25,585 bases of DNA from a virus. Lineage: Duplodnaviria > Caudoviricetes. The notes beneath the pieces were generated by a model, which ran no database searches, was not told the origin of the DNA, and saw only the letters and a program-made list of their open reading frames with translations. This document shows positions 7,547-15,623 of this stretch, piece after piece. The position numbers and the translations under genes were made by a program. The stretch is from positions 1 to 25,585 of the IMG/VR virus record IMGVR_UViG_3300020044_001386. One strand, 5' to 3'. Every line of letters begins with the position of its first letter. Position 1 is the first letter of the stretch.

Positions 7547-9471
7547 TACGTCAATCCTCCGCCCGAGATGACGGCTTCCGAGGCAGAGATGAACACGACC
7601 GTAGCCAAGCCACGCTGTGCCAGCGTCCGGTTTCCAGTGGTAGCTGTACCCACAAGGCGCAGGGTAAAACTCGCGCCTTGAGTGATGGTCATGTCAGACG
7701 CCGAGCTGTTGTAGATGGTAAGTACATCACGCGCCGCAAAGACTGCGTTAGGGATAGTCACCCCACCACTTGTTTGAGCCAGCAACGCGCCCCGGTCACC
7801 AACAACCGCAGTCGGTGAGCCAGTGGCGGCTGAACTGGGAGTGGTCAGAGATCGCAAGCGGTCAACAAACGCGCAGGTGGCAATCTGTGTAGTGGATACC
7901 TTTTCCGCTGCGGTTGTTGAGGCTGGTGTACCAGTAAATGTAGGGCCAGCAGACAACACCACCGAGCCAGTACCTGTGACCGTGCTGAAGTCTGTGAGGC
8001 CAGCTTCCCAGCTTGCAGCGGTTGTACCCGTAATGAGAATACAGGTGCACATTGTTGTAACGCCAGCGGGTACAGAGATAACCAAGTTACCACCCGATGA
8101 GTTAACGGTCAACACACCTGTGCTGTTGTTGACGATGTGGAATGTCCACCCCTGAACCAAAGTGCTTACCACAGGCAGTACGACAGTCTGTGTAGTCGTA
8201 CCCGTGAATATCTGATAAGAACTGCTTGTGTTGGTCAGGGTGGTCGTACCCGCTGCGGTAGCGGTGGTTGTAAACCCCATCAAGTTAGCCAACGCCGCAG
8301 GTGCGGTAGTAGCGGCTGTACCGCCAGAGGCAATTGCCAGCGTAGCAGACAACCCCGCCGCAGTGCCAGTGGTGTTCTGGTTCAGCGTGGGGAACGTGCA
8401 ATTGGCTAAGTCACCAGATGTAGGGGTGCCAAGAATAGGAGTCACCAGCGTTGGGCTTGTGGACATGACCACGTTGCCCGTGCCCGTGATGGCGTTGCTG
8501 ACGAGGTTGTCAGACGCATCGGTAAACACCGCTTGAGAGGCGGTCAACCCAGAAAAATTGACTGTGGAGTTTGCACTCAACGTAGTGAACGCGCCTGTCG
8601 AAGCAGTGGTGGCTCCGACCGACATGTTGTTGATGGTGCCAACACCTGTTGAAGTCAACGCCAGCGTTGGCGTGTTATTTGCTGTCAGCGTGATGAGGTT
8701 GGTATACGCAGTCCCGTCCACGTCATAAGCGGCAAGGTTCAATGTATTACCAGCCGCCTTTGCAGACCGAAGTACCGCGCCGTTAATAAACGACGCGCCT
8801 ACTGTAATCGTGTCCGTATCAGCGTTACCGATCACCCAGTTACCGTTGCCAGTAATTGTGCTGGTCGCACTGATCGCAGAAAAAGAAGCGGTGCCTGAGA
8901 AAGTAGGGGCCGCTGACATGACGACGTTGCCAGTACCAGTAATGGCGTTGCTGACAAGTTGTTTTGATGCGTTGGTAAAAACTGCTTGTGAGGCGGTCAA
9001 ACCAGTAAACGTCACCGTACCAGACGCGCTCAATGAGGTGAATGAGCCGTCACCGTCACGGGTGGCAATCTTTATAAAGTCAGAACCGTTCCATGCAACA
9101 AGTGCGGTTTCGCCTTTGACAATCGTCACGCCTGTGGTTACGGGTGGAACATCCCCGCGAAACACGATGCTCTGCGTCCCCCCCGAGGCGTTGATCACAA
9201 TATAGGCTTTAGACCTTCCGGGGGCAGTGATGGTACGGGTCGTTGTACCCGAGGCTGGGTTCCAACGAATGATGGCCTGCCGCGCTTCGTTTGATGCGCC
9301 TGTGGTCGTGGACAGTGTAATGTCCGCATCGGTTGTGATGCTGGTGGTACCCGCAACGGCGGAATCCAGCAAAGAAGTGATCGCATCGTTAACGGTATCG
9401 CCCCATGTACCCGACAACTCCCCCGTGACTGGAAGAGCAAGACCAAGGAGAGAAGTATAGGCTGTTGGCAT
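7546..9471 (-). CDS. Tail fibre protein
   Basis: Start revised to ATG 9471 (MPTAYTSLLGLALPVTGELSGTWG..., GAGG RBS); Thr/Ala/Gly/Ser-rich; internal repeated modules. Confidence 0.8.
   Translation of the reverse strand: MPTAYTSLLGLALPVTGELSGTWGDTVNDAITSLLDSAVAGTTSITTDADITLSTTTGASNEARQAIIRWNPASGTTTRTITAPGRSKAYIVINASGGTQSIVFRGDVPPVTTGVTIVKGETALVAWNGSDFIKIATRDGDGSFTSLSASGTVTFTGLTASQAVFTNASKQLVSNAITGTGNVVMSAAPTFSGTASFSAISATSTITGNGNWVIGNADTDTITVGASFINGAVLRSAKAAGNTLNLAAYDVDGTAYTNLITLTANNTPTLALTSTGVGTINNMSVGATTASTGAFTTLSANSTVNFSGLTASQAVFTDASDNLVSNAITGTGNVVMSTSPTLVTPILGTPTSGDLANCTFPTLNQNTTGTAAGLSATLAIASGGTAATTAPAALANLMGFTTTATAAGTTTLTNTSSSYQIFTGTTTQTVVLPVVSTLVQGWTFHIVNNSTGVLTVNSSGGNLVISVPAGVTTMCTCILITGTTAASWEAGLTDFSTVTGTGSVVLSAGPTFTGTPASTTAAEKVSTTQIATCAFVDRLRSLTTPSSAATGSPTAVVGDRGALLAQTSGGVTIPNAVFAARDVLTIYNSSASDMTITQGASFTLRLVGTATTGNRTLAQRGLATVVFISASEAVISGGGLT
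8446..9018 (-). repeat. Two copies of a ~40-aa module within the tail fibre (~8900-9018 and ~8446-8565)
   Basis: TVTFTGLTASQAVFTNASKQLVSNAITGTGNVVMSAAPT vs TVNFSGLTASQAVFTDASDNLVSNAITGTGNVVMSTSPT, 453 nt apart; a third partial copy VTGTGSVVLSAGPT near 7940-7985. Confidence 0.85.
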
Positions 9472-9481
9472 GTAATTGACC

Positions 9482-10303
9482 TCATGTTGTGACCGCAACC
9501 CAGTCTGTCAGTTCGTCGGTGTCTACGTCTGACCAACCGGGGGTTTGATCGTTGTTAAGATTCTGCCACGAAGCAGTTTGGCTGTCATCAACTTGTTCCC
9601 AATAGAACGGGATCATAGTTCCCACAAAACCTTGGGCTTCTACGCCAATAGCGTCAACCGCAAAGTCAAACGGCATAGTACCCACGGCACCTGTCGCCTC
9701 CACACCTGTAAGCTCCCGTATGGTGCTCTTATCGACGCTACCTACCTGCCCCGCAGCAACAACACTTGTAAGAGCTACGGTACGGCTGGCTGTAACGGAG
9801 CCAACTGCGCCCGATGCCTGATTGCCGTTTTCGGTAGGGCTGTTTGTTTCAGTAACCGACCCCACCGCTCCAGCGGCAGATACACCTGTAAGGGCGAACG
9901 AGCGGGGAACTCCAACAGTGCCTACGTTACCTGTGGCAAAAACTCCCGAGGCGCGGTCAGAAGATACCCTCCCAACCGCTCCAGCAGCAGATACGCCTGT
10001 AAGGGCGACAGATATTGTCTCGGTAACTGATCCAACTGCTCCAGCAGCAGATACACCTGTGAGGGCAACCGTGCGGGTGGGGGTTACTGTTCCAACCGAC
10101 CCCGTGGCAAGGTTACCGTTTTCGGTAGGGCTGTTTGTCTCGGTAACTGACCCAACTGCTCCAGCGGCGGATACACCCGTGAGGGCTTTTGTGATGTTGG
10201 GGGTTGCGGTACCAACGGAACCAGTCGCGGCATCTCCCGTGAGGATGGTTTCGCCATTGCCCCAAGTGCCTAAGCCCCAAGCGCCTTCGCCCCATCCCGC
10301 CAT
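9482..10303 (-). CDS. Repetitive tail-associated fibre/spike-like protein
   Basis: 273 aa; N-terminal GWGEGAWGLGTWG, about 11 copies of a ~20-aa LTGVxAxGxVGxV unit, C-terminal Trp every 11 residues. Confidence 0.75.
   Translation of the reverse strand: MAGWGEGAWGLGTWGNGETILTGDAATGSVGTATPNITKALTGVSAAGAVGSVTETNSPTENGNLATGSVGTVTPTRTVALTGVSAAGAVGSVTETISVALTGVSAAGAVGRVSSDRASGVFATGNVGTVGVPRSFALTGVSAAGAVGSVTETNSPTENGNQASGAVGSVTASRTVALTSVVAAGQVGSVDKSTIRELTGVEATGAVGTMPFDFAVDAIGVEAQGFVGTMIPFYWEQVDDSQTASWQNLNNDQTPGWSDVDTDELTDWVAVTT
9821..10186 (-). repeat. Coding direct repeats; identical 25-aa block at 10112-10186 and 9821-9895
   Basis: ALTGVSAAGAVGSVTETNSPTENGN occurs twice; I count 10 nucleotide differences, all at third codon positions. 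Shorter copies lie between them. Confidence 0.9.
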
Positions 10304-10313
10304 GACTTACCCT

Positions 10314-10817
10314 TTAGGTGGTAGCCAAGCGCAGCAAAGCGGTGGTAGTAGTGTTGGACGGCATTGTCAGTGTGAACGTACCAGCGGTAATTGTTTGAGA
10401 ACCGAAGGTATGGACAGACACCGCCTTGTTGCTTTGGGTGTTGTTGTAGATCAGCACCGTATCAAAAGCCGTAGCCAGCGTTACTGGCGAACCACCCGAA
10501 CCGTACACAATGCTGGCCGAGGGTGTCCAGTAAGCCACACCCGCAGTTGCAGAACTGTTGGTTGACGTGGGGGCCGTAGCGTTGGTTACGGTTACACCAC
10601 CTGCGGTGTAGTTGGTACCACTTACTTCGCCCGTGGTTGAGTACACTGTGGTGCTGGCGTTGAGGGTTGCCGACGCCAAGAACAGGGCTGCTTTGAATGT
10701 ATCCGTGGTTGGCGCAGTTAGGCTACCACGAGAAACAATAGTTGAAGTACCAAATTGGTGCTGACCGAGCATCAACTCGCTCATAAACGAGGTGCACATT
10801 GATTGTGTGTTTGCCAT
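10314..10817 (-). CDS. Virion structural protein (paralog A)
   Basis: MANTQSMCTSF...TDTFKAALF...TTVYSTTGEVSGTNYTAGG...; AAGGA RBS; aligns by eye with 11033..11452. Confidence 0.75.
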   Translation of the reverse strand: MANTQSMCTSFMSELMLGQHQFGTSTIVSRGSLTAPTTDTFKAALFLASATLNASTTVYSTTGEVSGTNYTAGGVTVTNATAPTSTNSSATAGVAYWTPSASIVYGSGGSPVTLATAFDTVLIYNNTQSNKAVSVHTFGSQTITAGTFTLTMPSNTTTTALLRLATT

Positions 10818-10828
10818 GATATTTTCCT

Positions 10829-11023
10829 TTATGCGATAGAAGCAGCTTCGCCGCCCACAAACGAGGGCATCTTTTTCAGGGCGACATGGGCGGAGCGGTG
10901 AACCAATTCGCCGTCAAGCCAATACTCCACCCAAGTGGTGTATTCGTTATCGTTGTCCACAGACCCCTCACGCTTTTCCAGCAGTGAGTCGTCCATTTCA
11001 CCTTTTGTAGTCATAACAAGCAT
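10829..11023 (-). CDS. Small hypothetical phage protein
   Basis: 64 aa; AAGGAG RBS; fills the gap between the paralogs (WVEYWLDGELVHRSAHV). Confidence 0.7.
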   Translation of the reverse strand: MLVMTTKGEMDDSLLEKREGSVDNDNEYTTWVEYWLDGELVHRSAHVALKKMPSFVGGEAASIA

Positions 11024-11032
11024 GATAGCTCC

Positions 11033-11452
11033 TTAGTTAAATCGCAGCAGTGCGGATGTGGAAGAATTTGCGGGCATCTGAACCGTAAACGTGCTCTGGC
11101 ATGTCTTGTCTGCCCCAAAGTCCAACACGGCAACAGACTTGTTGCCTTTGCTGAAGTTGTAGATCAACCCACCACGAGCGGTAAACGCAGCGGGGTTCCA
11201 CACCGCATTGTTGAAATTCACATACACAATACCGTCAGCAGATGCGTTGATTGTTACACCTGTGAGGATGACCCCACCCGCTGTGTAGCCCGTACCAACA
11301 ACTTCATAGGAAGTGTCGTACACCGTTGTGTTGGGGCCAAGCGAAGCCAGCCCCGTGAACAACGCCAGCTTGAGCGTGTCTGTGGAGATGTCTTGCTGCG
11401 CCAACAGAATCTGCTGCTTGAAGCTGGTAGTGAGCGTTTGTTGGATTGCCAT
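11033..11452 (-). CDS. Virion structural protein (paralog B)
   Basis: MAIQQTLTTSF...TDTLKLALF...TTVYDTSYEVVGTGYTAGG...VAVLDFG...TFTVQMP. Confidence 0.75.
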   Translation of the reverse strand: MAIQQTLTTSFKQQILLAQQDISTDTLKLALFTGLASLGPNTTVYDTSYEVVGTGYTAGGVILTGVTINASADGIVYVNFNNAVWNPAAFTARGGLIYNFSKGNKSVAVLDFGADKTCQSTFTVQMPANSSTSALLRFN

Positions 11453-11463
11453 CAGACCACCTG

Positions 11464-12126
11464 TTAATTAACCGTGATACGGACTTGACCGTCACGGTAA
11501 GCATCCATCCGCTGTTTGCCATCGCCAAGGTTCTTGAGCAGAGCAATCGACTGGAGGTACATGTCTTGGTACAACTTGACCATATCGGCCTCACCCTTCA
11601 TGTAACGAATCGCCTCCACCAACGTGCCGTTGAGGAGCGCGGAGTCGAAGTTGTCACCCAGCCATGTCTGCTGTGTGGTCACAATGGATTCAGGGTAATA
11701 GTAGTAGTGCAACTCGGCCCCATACGCAACATCGGGGGTTGGCCCCATGATGAACGATAGCTCAGTCACCGCTGCGGAGTTGGGGCCAAAAATGGCGTAG
11801 TGCACGGGCTGACCTGTGTCGTTCGGGTTGGGGTACGCTTCACGAATGAAGTTCACATCCTTGTTGAGCAGGTACGTGTAGACGTTGGCGTTCGGCCCCG
11901 TCAGGGGGTACACCGCGATGGAGTACACCGACAAAAAATCTTCTGGGGCAGACAAGTACTTGTTGTTTGCCAAGATGTTGCCAGTCACGTTTTTACGCAA
12001 CGTGGCAAGCTGCACAGTGTTGTAGATTTTCTGTTCAGCCTGACGGATGAACAGGTTCATATCATCCGTGGGAAACGTGTTCTCACAGATGTCTGATACA
12101 AACTGGACAAGCTCGGTATACGTCAT
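11464..12126 (-). CDS. Head-to-tail adaptor-like protein
   Basis: 220 aa; N-terminal helices (MTYTELVQFV...FIRQAEQKIY), beta core, C-terminal helices (ALLNGTLVEAIRYMK), typical adaptor layout; GAGG RBS. Confidence 0.6.
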   Translation of the reverse strand: MTYTELVQFVSDICENTFPTDDMNLFIRQAEQKIYNTVQLATLRKNVTGNILANNKYLSAPEDFLSVYSIAVYPLTGPNANVYTYLLNKDVNFIREAYPNPNDTGQPVHYAIFGPNSAAVTELSFIMGPTPDVAYGAELHYYYYPESIVTTQQTWLGDNFDSALLNGTLVEAIRYMKGEADMVKLYQDMYLQSIALLKNLGDGKQRMDAYRDGQVRITVN

Positions 12127-12133
12127 ATCGACC

Positions 12134-12400
12134 TCACGCCATTGGGCCTCGTGCCATCAAACCTTTGGTAGCCGCACCTGTACCGCGAACTTTGATACCG
12201 CTGGTCTTGGTTGGTTTCTCACCAGCAGATTTGCTGTAATTGCCAACACCCATGTCCAGAGTATTGAGGCTGCTGCGGTTAGCACCAGAGCCGGGGTTGG
12301 TCGAGGCTTTTACCTCTTTACCGTCCATAGTATGGGGCTTGGCATAGACCTTGGCATCGCCAACTTCTTTGCCCATCATCTTTTTGCTGAACTTAGCCAT
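12134..12400 (-). CDS. Small basic Lys/Gly-rich protein
   Basis: 88 aa; GGAGG RBS; C-terminus GIKVRGTGAATKGLMARGPMA resembles the tails of the 14465-15623 proteins. Confidence 0.8.
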   Translation of the reverse strand: MAKFSKKMMGKEVGDAKVYAKPHTMDGKEVKASTNPGSGANRSSLNTLDMGVGNYSKSAGEKPTKTSGIKVRGTGAATKGLMARGPMA

Positions 12401-12402
12401 GA

Positions 12403-12582
12403 TTAGCCTCCAGATTGGTTTTTGGCGCGTGCAAGGTTGCGACCAAACTTCTTTGCGTTTGCGGAGGTGACGCCACCTTTGGCAAACTTTGTCATGGGCT
12501 TACCGGGGTGCATTTTCTTCTCGTGCTTGTGCACGGCACCTGCCATCATTTTCTTGTCCTGTTTTAAGTCTTGCTTGTCCAT
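12403..12582 (-). CDS. Small basic protein (59 aa, absent from the ORF track)
   Basis: TAAGGAG RBS; I translate MDKQDLKQDKKMMAGAVHKHEKKMHPGKPMTKFAKGGVTSANAKKFGRNLARAKNQSGG*; it fills the gap exactly. Confidence 0.85.
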   Translation of the reverse strand: MDKQDLKQDKKMMAGAVHKHEKKMHPGKPMTKFAKGGVTSANAKKFGRNLARAKNQSGG

Positions 12583-12592
12583 GTCTGACTCC

Positions 12593-13021
12593 TTATGTCG
12601 TGACTATCGTTACTGTACCAACTTCTGACGACGACACCAAGTAGTTTGGTGTCAGTCCTGCATCATTTGCCTGCGCTCCGCCAACAGGATTCCAGCCCCA
12701 CTGGTAGACCCGACTACCCGCACTGGGTACACCGTCGCTGTCTTTGTTGGTGCTGACGGTTGTAACCACCTGCAAACCTGTGTAGCCCGACTGCTGATAG
12801 CTCAAGTCAGGGCGTGGCTCTCGCAGAGCCTGTGGATCGTCCACAGGGTACATACCCAACTGCAACTGCGGCTGATCTGGTTCCCAACATTGAGGGCACA
12901 CTTTGATGGAGACCTGCTTGGTCTTAATGATCAACTTCTTCAGGTCTTTGAGCTTAAAGCGAAAGCCGCAGCGATCACACTCGGCAATCGCTTTCTTACC
13001 CGAAGCAAACCTGTTGCTCAT
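12593..13021 (-). CDS. Hypothetical protein with N-terminal zinc-ribbon (CxxC...CxxC)
   Basis: CDRC...CPQC followed by EPDQPQL and DPQALREPRPD. Confidence 0.75.
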   Translation of the reverse strand: MSNRFASGKKAIAECDRCGFRFKLKDLKKLIIKTKQVSIKVCPQCWEPDQPQLQLGMYPVDDPQALREPRPDLSYQQSGYTGLQVVTTVSTNKDSDGVPSAGSRVYQWGWNPVGGAQANDAGLTPNYLVSSSEVGTVTIVTT

Positions 13022-13023
13022 GA

Positions 13024-13956
13024 TCAGCCACCAATGAAGTACTGGCGAGGCACAAACCGATCCGGTGCCTTCTCACGGTCTTCTCCAGCGGCAAGAGCGA
13101 ACTGTTGCTCGTAAACGCCTTGGAGCATTTCAAGGCGAGGGCCACCTTCGGGAATCTTCATCGCCACGTAGTATGCCAACCCTGCCACCAAGCAGGGGAG
13201 GAAACGGAAATTCATGTCACCCGTCTGCACACCTGACCCAGCGTTCTGGATGCGGCGCATGCGGTAGTAACTGAACTGATAGTACGGGGTGGTGGTCGTG
13301 CCTTGGTCAGGTACAGGCCACAGAGTCACAGCGGGAAGCTGCGCCCAGTACACAGAAACAGCAGCAGTGTGCCCCGCAGCCGTCGAGTTGTTCTGACCAC
13401 GGAAGCAGTTGTACAACGTGTTGTCCGTGATGTACGAGTAGTTGATGTACTCGTTGTCAATCTTGATGAAGCCAAAGGCGGGGAGGCCCGTGGCATCCGT
13501 CAGCACGATGGTTGTATCCGTTGACGTGATCGTTGTTGCCAACGTCGAGGTGACGGACTCTTGTCCAGACATACGTTGCACCATGACCTGAATAGGCCGC
13601 GCTTGTGTCAACTTGTTGGGGATAGTCGCGTAGGTAGACACACTGATACGTGTGATGGTGAGATCGGCCTGATTCGACACGTTGTTTGCTTGTGTGCGAA
13701 TCTGGTGCTCAATCAGATCAATCGTGTCAACCGGGATAGGGTAACAGAACTGCCCTTGAACGAGGTTGAAAACCCCCGGCTCAATCGTCCACATGTTGAG
13801 GCCACGGTTGGCCCACTCAATCGTGAGCAAGTTCATGGATCGACGCGCCGTGCGCAGGTCATAGCCCGTACGCATCTCACGCCCTGCACGTTCGTACGCC
13901 TCTTCAGCGATCTCCGTGAAGTTCATGTCGAAGTTGGCTACACCTGTGGTCGTCAT
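13024..13956 (-). CDS. Head-tail connector / tail tubular protein A-like with inserted beta domain
   Basis: 310 aa; EIAEEAYERAG...ARRSMNLLTIEWANRG N-terminal helices, RFLPCLVAGLAYY C-terminal helices, Thr-rich central insert. Confidence 0.6.
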   Translation of the reverse strand: MTTTGVANFDMNFTEIAEEAYERAGREMRTGYDLRTARRSMNLLTIEWANRGLNMWTIEPGVFNLVQGQFCYPIPVDTIDLIEHQIRTQANNVSNQADLTITRISVSTYATIPNKLTQARPIQVMVQRMSGQESVTSTLATTITSTDTTIVLTDATGLPAFGFIKIDNEYINYSYITDNTLYNCFRGQNNSTAAGHTAAVSVYWAQLPAVTLWPVPDQGTTTTPYYQFSYYRMRRIQNAGSGVQTGDMNFRFLPCLVAGLAYYVAMKIPEGGPRLEMLQGVYEQQFALAAGEDREKAPDRFVPRQYFIGG

Positions 13957-14190
13957 TTATCGAAACCCCGCTGTTTTCTTGGCTATGCTTTTGGGCTGTG
14001 CCACAAACTGTTTACCCTTGGCTTTACCAGCACGCTTGGCTTTGGTTGTCGCAGCATACTCGGCAGGGGACAAAGACTTGATAGCTTTCTCAGGCAAATA
14101 CCGCTCCCCCGTCTTGCTCGACGGTTTACCGGACTTGGTGCGCCATTTCTGGTCACCCCAGTCCTTGAGCGATTGCTGTGGTGCTTTCAA
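13957..14190 (-). CDS. Small basic protein, resembling the C-terminal part of DUF5872-like proteins
   Basis: QQSLKDW..QKWRTKSG...ERYLPEKAI...GKQFVAQP; TTG start overlaps the upstream stop. Family name is from recall, not a search. Confidence 0.7.
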   Translation of the reverse strand: MKAPQQSLKDWGDQKWRTKSGKPSSKTGERYLPEKAIKSLSPAEYAATTKAKRAGKAKGKQFVAQPKSIAKKTAGFR

Positions 14191-14462
14191 TCTTTGTACC
14201 CCCCACCAGCCGCCTTGTACTTCTTGGCGACAAGCTGTGCTTTACGTGCAGACCACTGTCCAGCCCCGGTGCCGTGGGTTGCCGCAGCTTTGACTTGAGA
14301 CACGATCCGCTTGCGCAGTTCGGGCTTCGTGTAGTTGCCAGCAGCATTGACTTTACCGCCTTCAGCGTAAACGGTAAAGTCGGTGTCATCCCGGCGTGCT
14401 TTTTTCACACCTTTGGGCATCTTGGAGGGGGTGATGTCCCCCATGCCACGGCTGGCTCTCAT
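14187..14462 (-). CDS. Small basic protein, resembling the N-terminal part of DUF5872-like proteins behind an xxGG leader
   Basis: MRASRGMG...VYAEGG leader, then NYTKPELRKRI...GQWSARKAQLVAKKYKAAGGGY. Confidence 0.75.
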   Translation of the reverse strand: MRASRGMGDITPSKMPKGVKKARRDDTDFTVYAEGGKVNAAGNYTKPELRKRIVSQVKAAATHGTGAGQWSARKAQLVAKKYKAAGGGYKD

Positions 14463-14464
14463 GG

Positions 14465-14839
14465 TCAGACCATCCGACCTTTGGTCTTGCCTTTTGTGGC
14501 GCAGCCATCGGCACGCTTGGAAGCAGAACCAACAGAGCCGCCTTTTTTGAACATGGGCATCTGCCTAGGCAGGCCACCACCACCACCGGGGCCACCTAGA
14601 TTTTGCTGGATTCCCTGCAAGGATTCACCAATTTGACTGGAACCTTTACCTACGGTTTCCAGTCCGCCAAACGCGCCACCGCCACCACCACCACCGCGAA
14701 CCGGGAATGCGCCGATGGCACCATTACCGGGAAGCGAGGGAAAGCCACCATCGGTGGGGCCAATGCCCTGAAGAGATGCTTCGTAAAGTGCTTTTTGGTC
14801 GTTAAAGCCGCCAGCGGCAAATTTTTTCGCTTTTTTCAT
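14465..14839 (-). CDS. Small Gly/Lys-rich protein with conserved C-terminal tail
   Basis: Start revised to ATG 14839 (AAGGA RBS; MKKAKKFAAGG..., 124 aa); ends KKGGSVGSASKRADGCATKGKTKGRMV. Confidence 0.8.
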   Translation of the reverse strand: MKKAKKFAAGGFNDQKALYEASLQGIGPTDGGFPSLPGNGAIGAFPVRGGGGGGGAFGGLETVGKGSSQIGESLQGIQQNLGGPGGGGGLPRQMPMFKKGGSVGSASKRADGCATKGKTKGRMV

Positions 14840-14849
14840 GATATTTTCC

Positions 14850-15131
14850 TTAGACCATACGGCCTCTAGTTTTACCTTTTGCGGCGATACCATCGCCACG
14901 ACGAGAAGCGGAAACAACTTTCCCGCCTTTTTTAAGCATCACACCCAATTTCTTGAGGCTTTGCTCAGAATCAAACCGCCCAGCAAGATCAGGTGTAGGG
15001 TTGGAGTTTCCGCCGCTACCAGTCAGACCTTCTTGGATCATCTTCAAAGAATCGCCAATCTGCCCAGCGCCTTGGTTGACCGTATCCAGTCCACCTAAAG
15101 CGCCACCTTGGGCAAGTTTACGTGTCTTCAT
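14850..15131 (-). CDS. Small Gly/Lys-rich protein, paralog of 14465..14839
   Basis: MKTRKLAQGG...KKGGKVVSASRRGDGIAAKGKTRGRMV. Confidence 0.8.
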   Translation of the reverse strand: MKTRKLAQGGALGGLDTVNQGAGQIGDSLKMIQEGLTGSGGNSNPTPDLAGRFDSEQSLKKLGVMLKKGGKVVSASRRGDGIAAKGKTRGRMV

Positions 15132-15140
15132 TGCAAACTC

Positions 15141-15623
15141 TCAGCAAGCCTTACCGCCACGAGCCATGCCGCCTTTTTTGAGCATCACGCCTTTGGTCTT
15201 GCCTTTTGTAGCAATACCGTCAGCACGCTTGGAAGCGGAACCACCGGAGGCCATCTTCTTGACGCCACCACCTTTTTTGTAGGGGCTAGGCATGGCCTTG
15301 TCGTAGGCTGCGCCTGCGGCATCGCGCATGGCAGCGTCCTTGGCACCTTGTACCATCATTGCTCGTTTGGCGCGAGACTCAGGGGTTATCACATCATCCA
15401 GAGTCATCTCAGGACGGCGGGGTTTGTAACCGCGCATACCAGCAGGGCTGGTAGAAGGCATCATTGGTTTTTTCATATCGCCACCTTTAGAAAATTTACG
15501 GCTTTTATCGGCCTCGTTAAAGTCTTTTCCCACGGACTGTGGGACTCCTGCTTTCTTAGCAAACGATGGCGAATTGGCAATCGCAGCCATGAAATTGTGT
15601 TGTTTCTTGCTAACTGAGGGCAC
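15141..15623 (-). CDS. Small basic protein with multiple xxGG motifs
   Basis: MPSVSKKQHNFMAAIANSPSFAKKAGVPQSVG...FSKGG...YKKGG...MASGGSASKRADGIATKGKTKG..LKKGGMARGGKAC; GTG start with AAGGA upstream. Confidence 0.8.
   Translation of the reverse strand: MPSVSKKQHNFMAAIANSPSFAKKAGVPQSVGKDFNEADKSRKFSKGGDMKKPMMPSTSPAGMRGYKPRRPEMTLDDVITPESRAKRAMMVQGAKDAAMRDAAGAAYDKAMPSPYKKGGGVKKMASGGSASKRADGIATKGKTKGVMLKKGGMARGGKAC

Noticed and set aside
9821-10186. Direct repeats as a DGR template/variable pair or CRISPR array
   Set aside because: Differences are all synonymous third-position changes, not adenine-specific; the repeats are in-frame coding units without spacers; no reverse transcriptase or cas gene is in the window.
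13024-13040. C-terminal di-glycine on 13024..13956 (FIGG) and 12403..12582 (QSGG) as ubiquitin-like conjugation tags
   Set aside because: No beta-grasp protein or E1/E2/JAB enzyme is visible, and the GG codons can be explained by overlap with the next gene's RBS (GGAGG/GGTGG).
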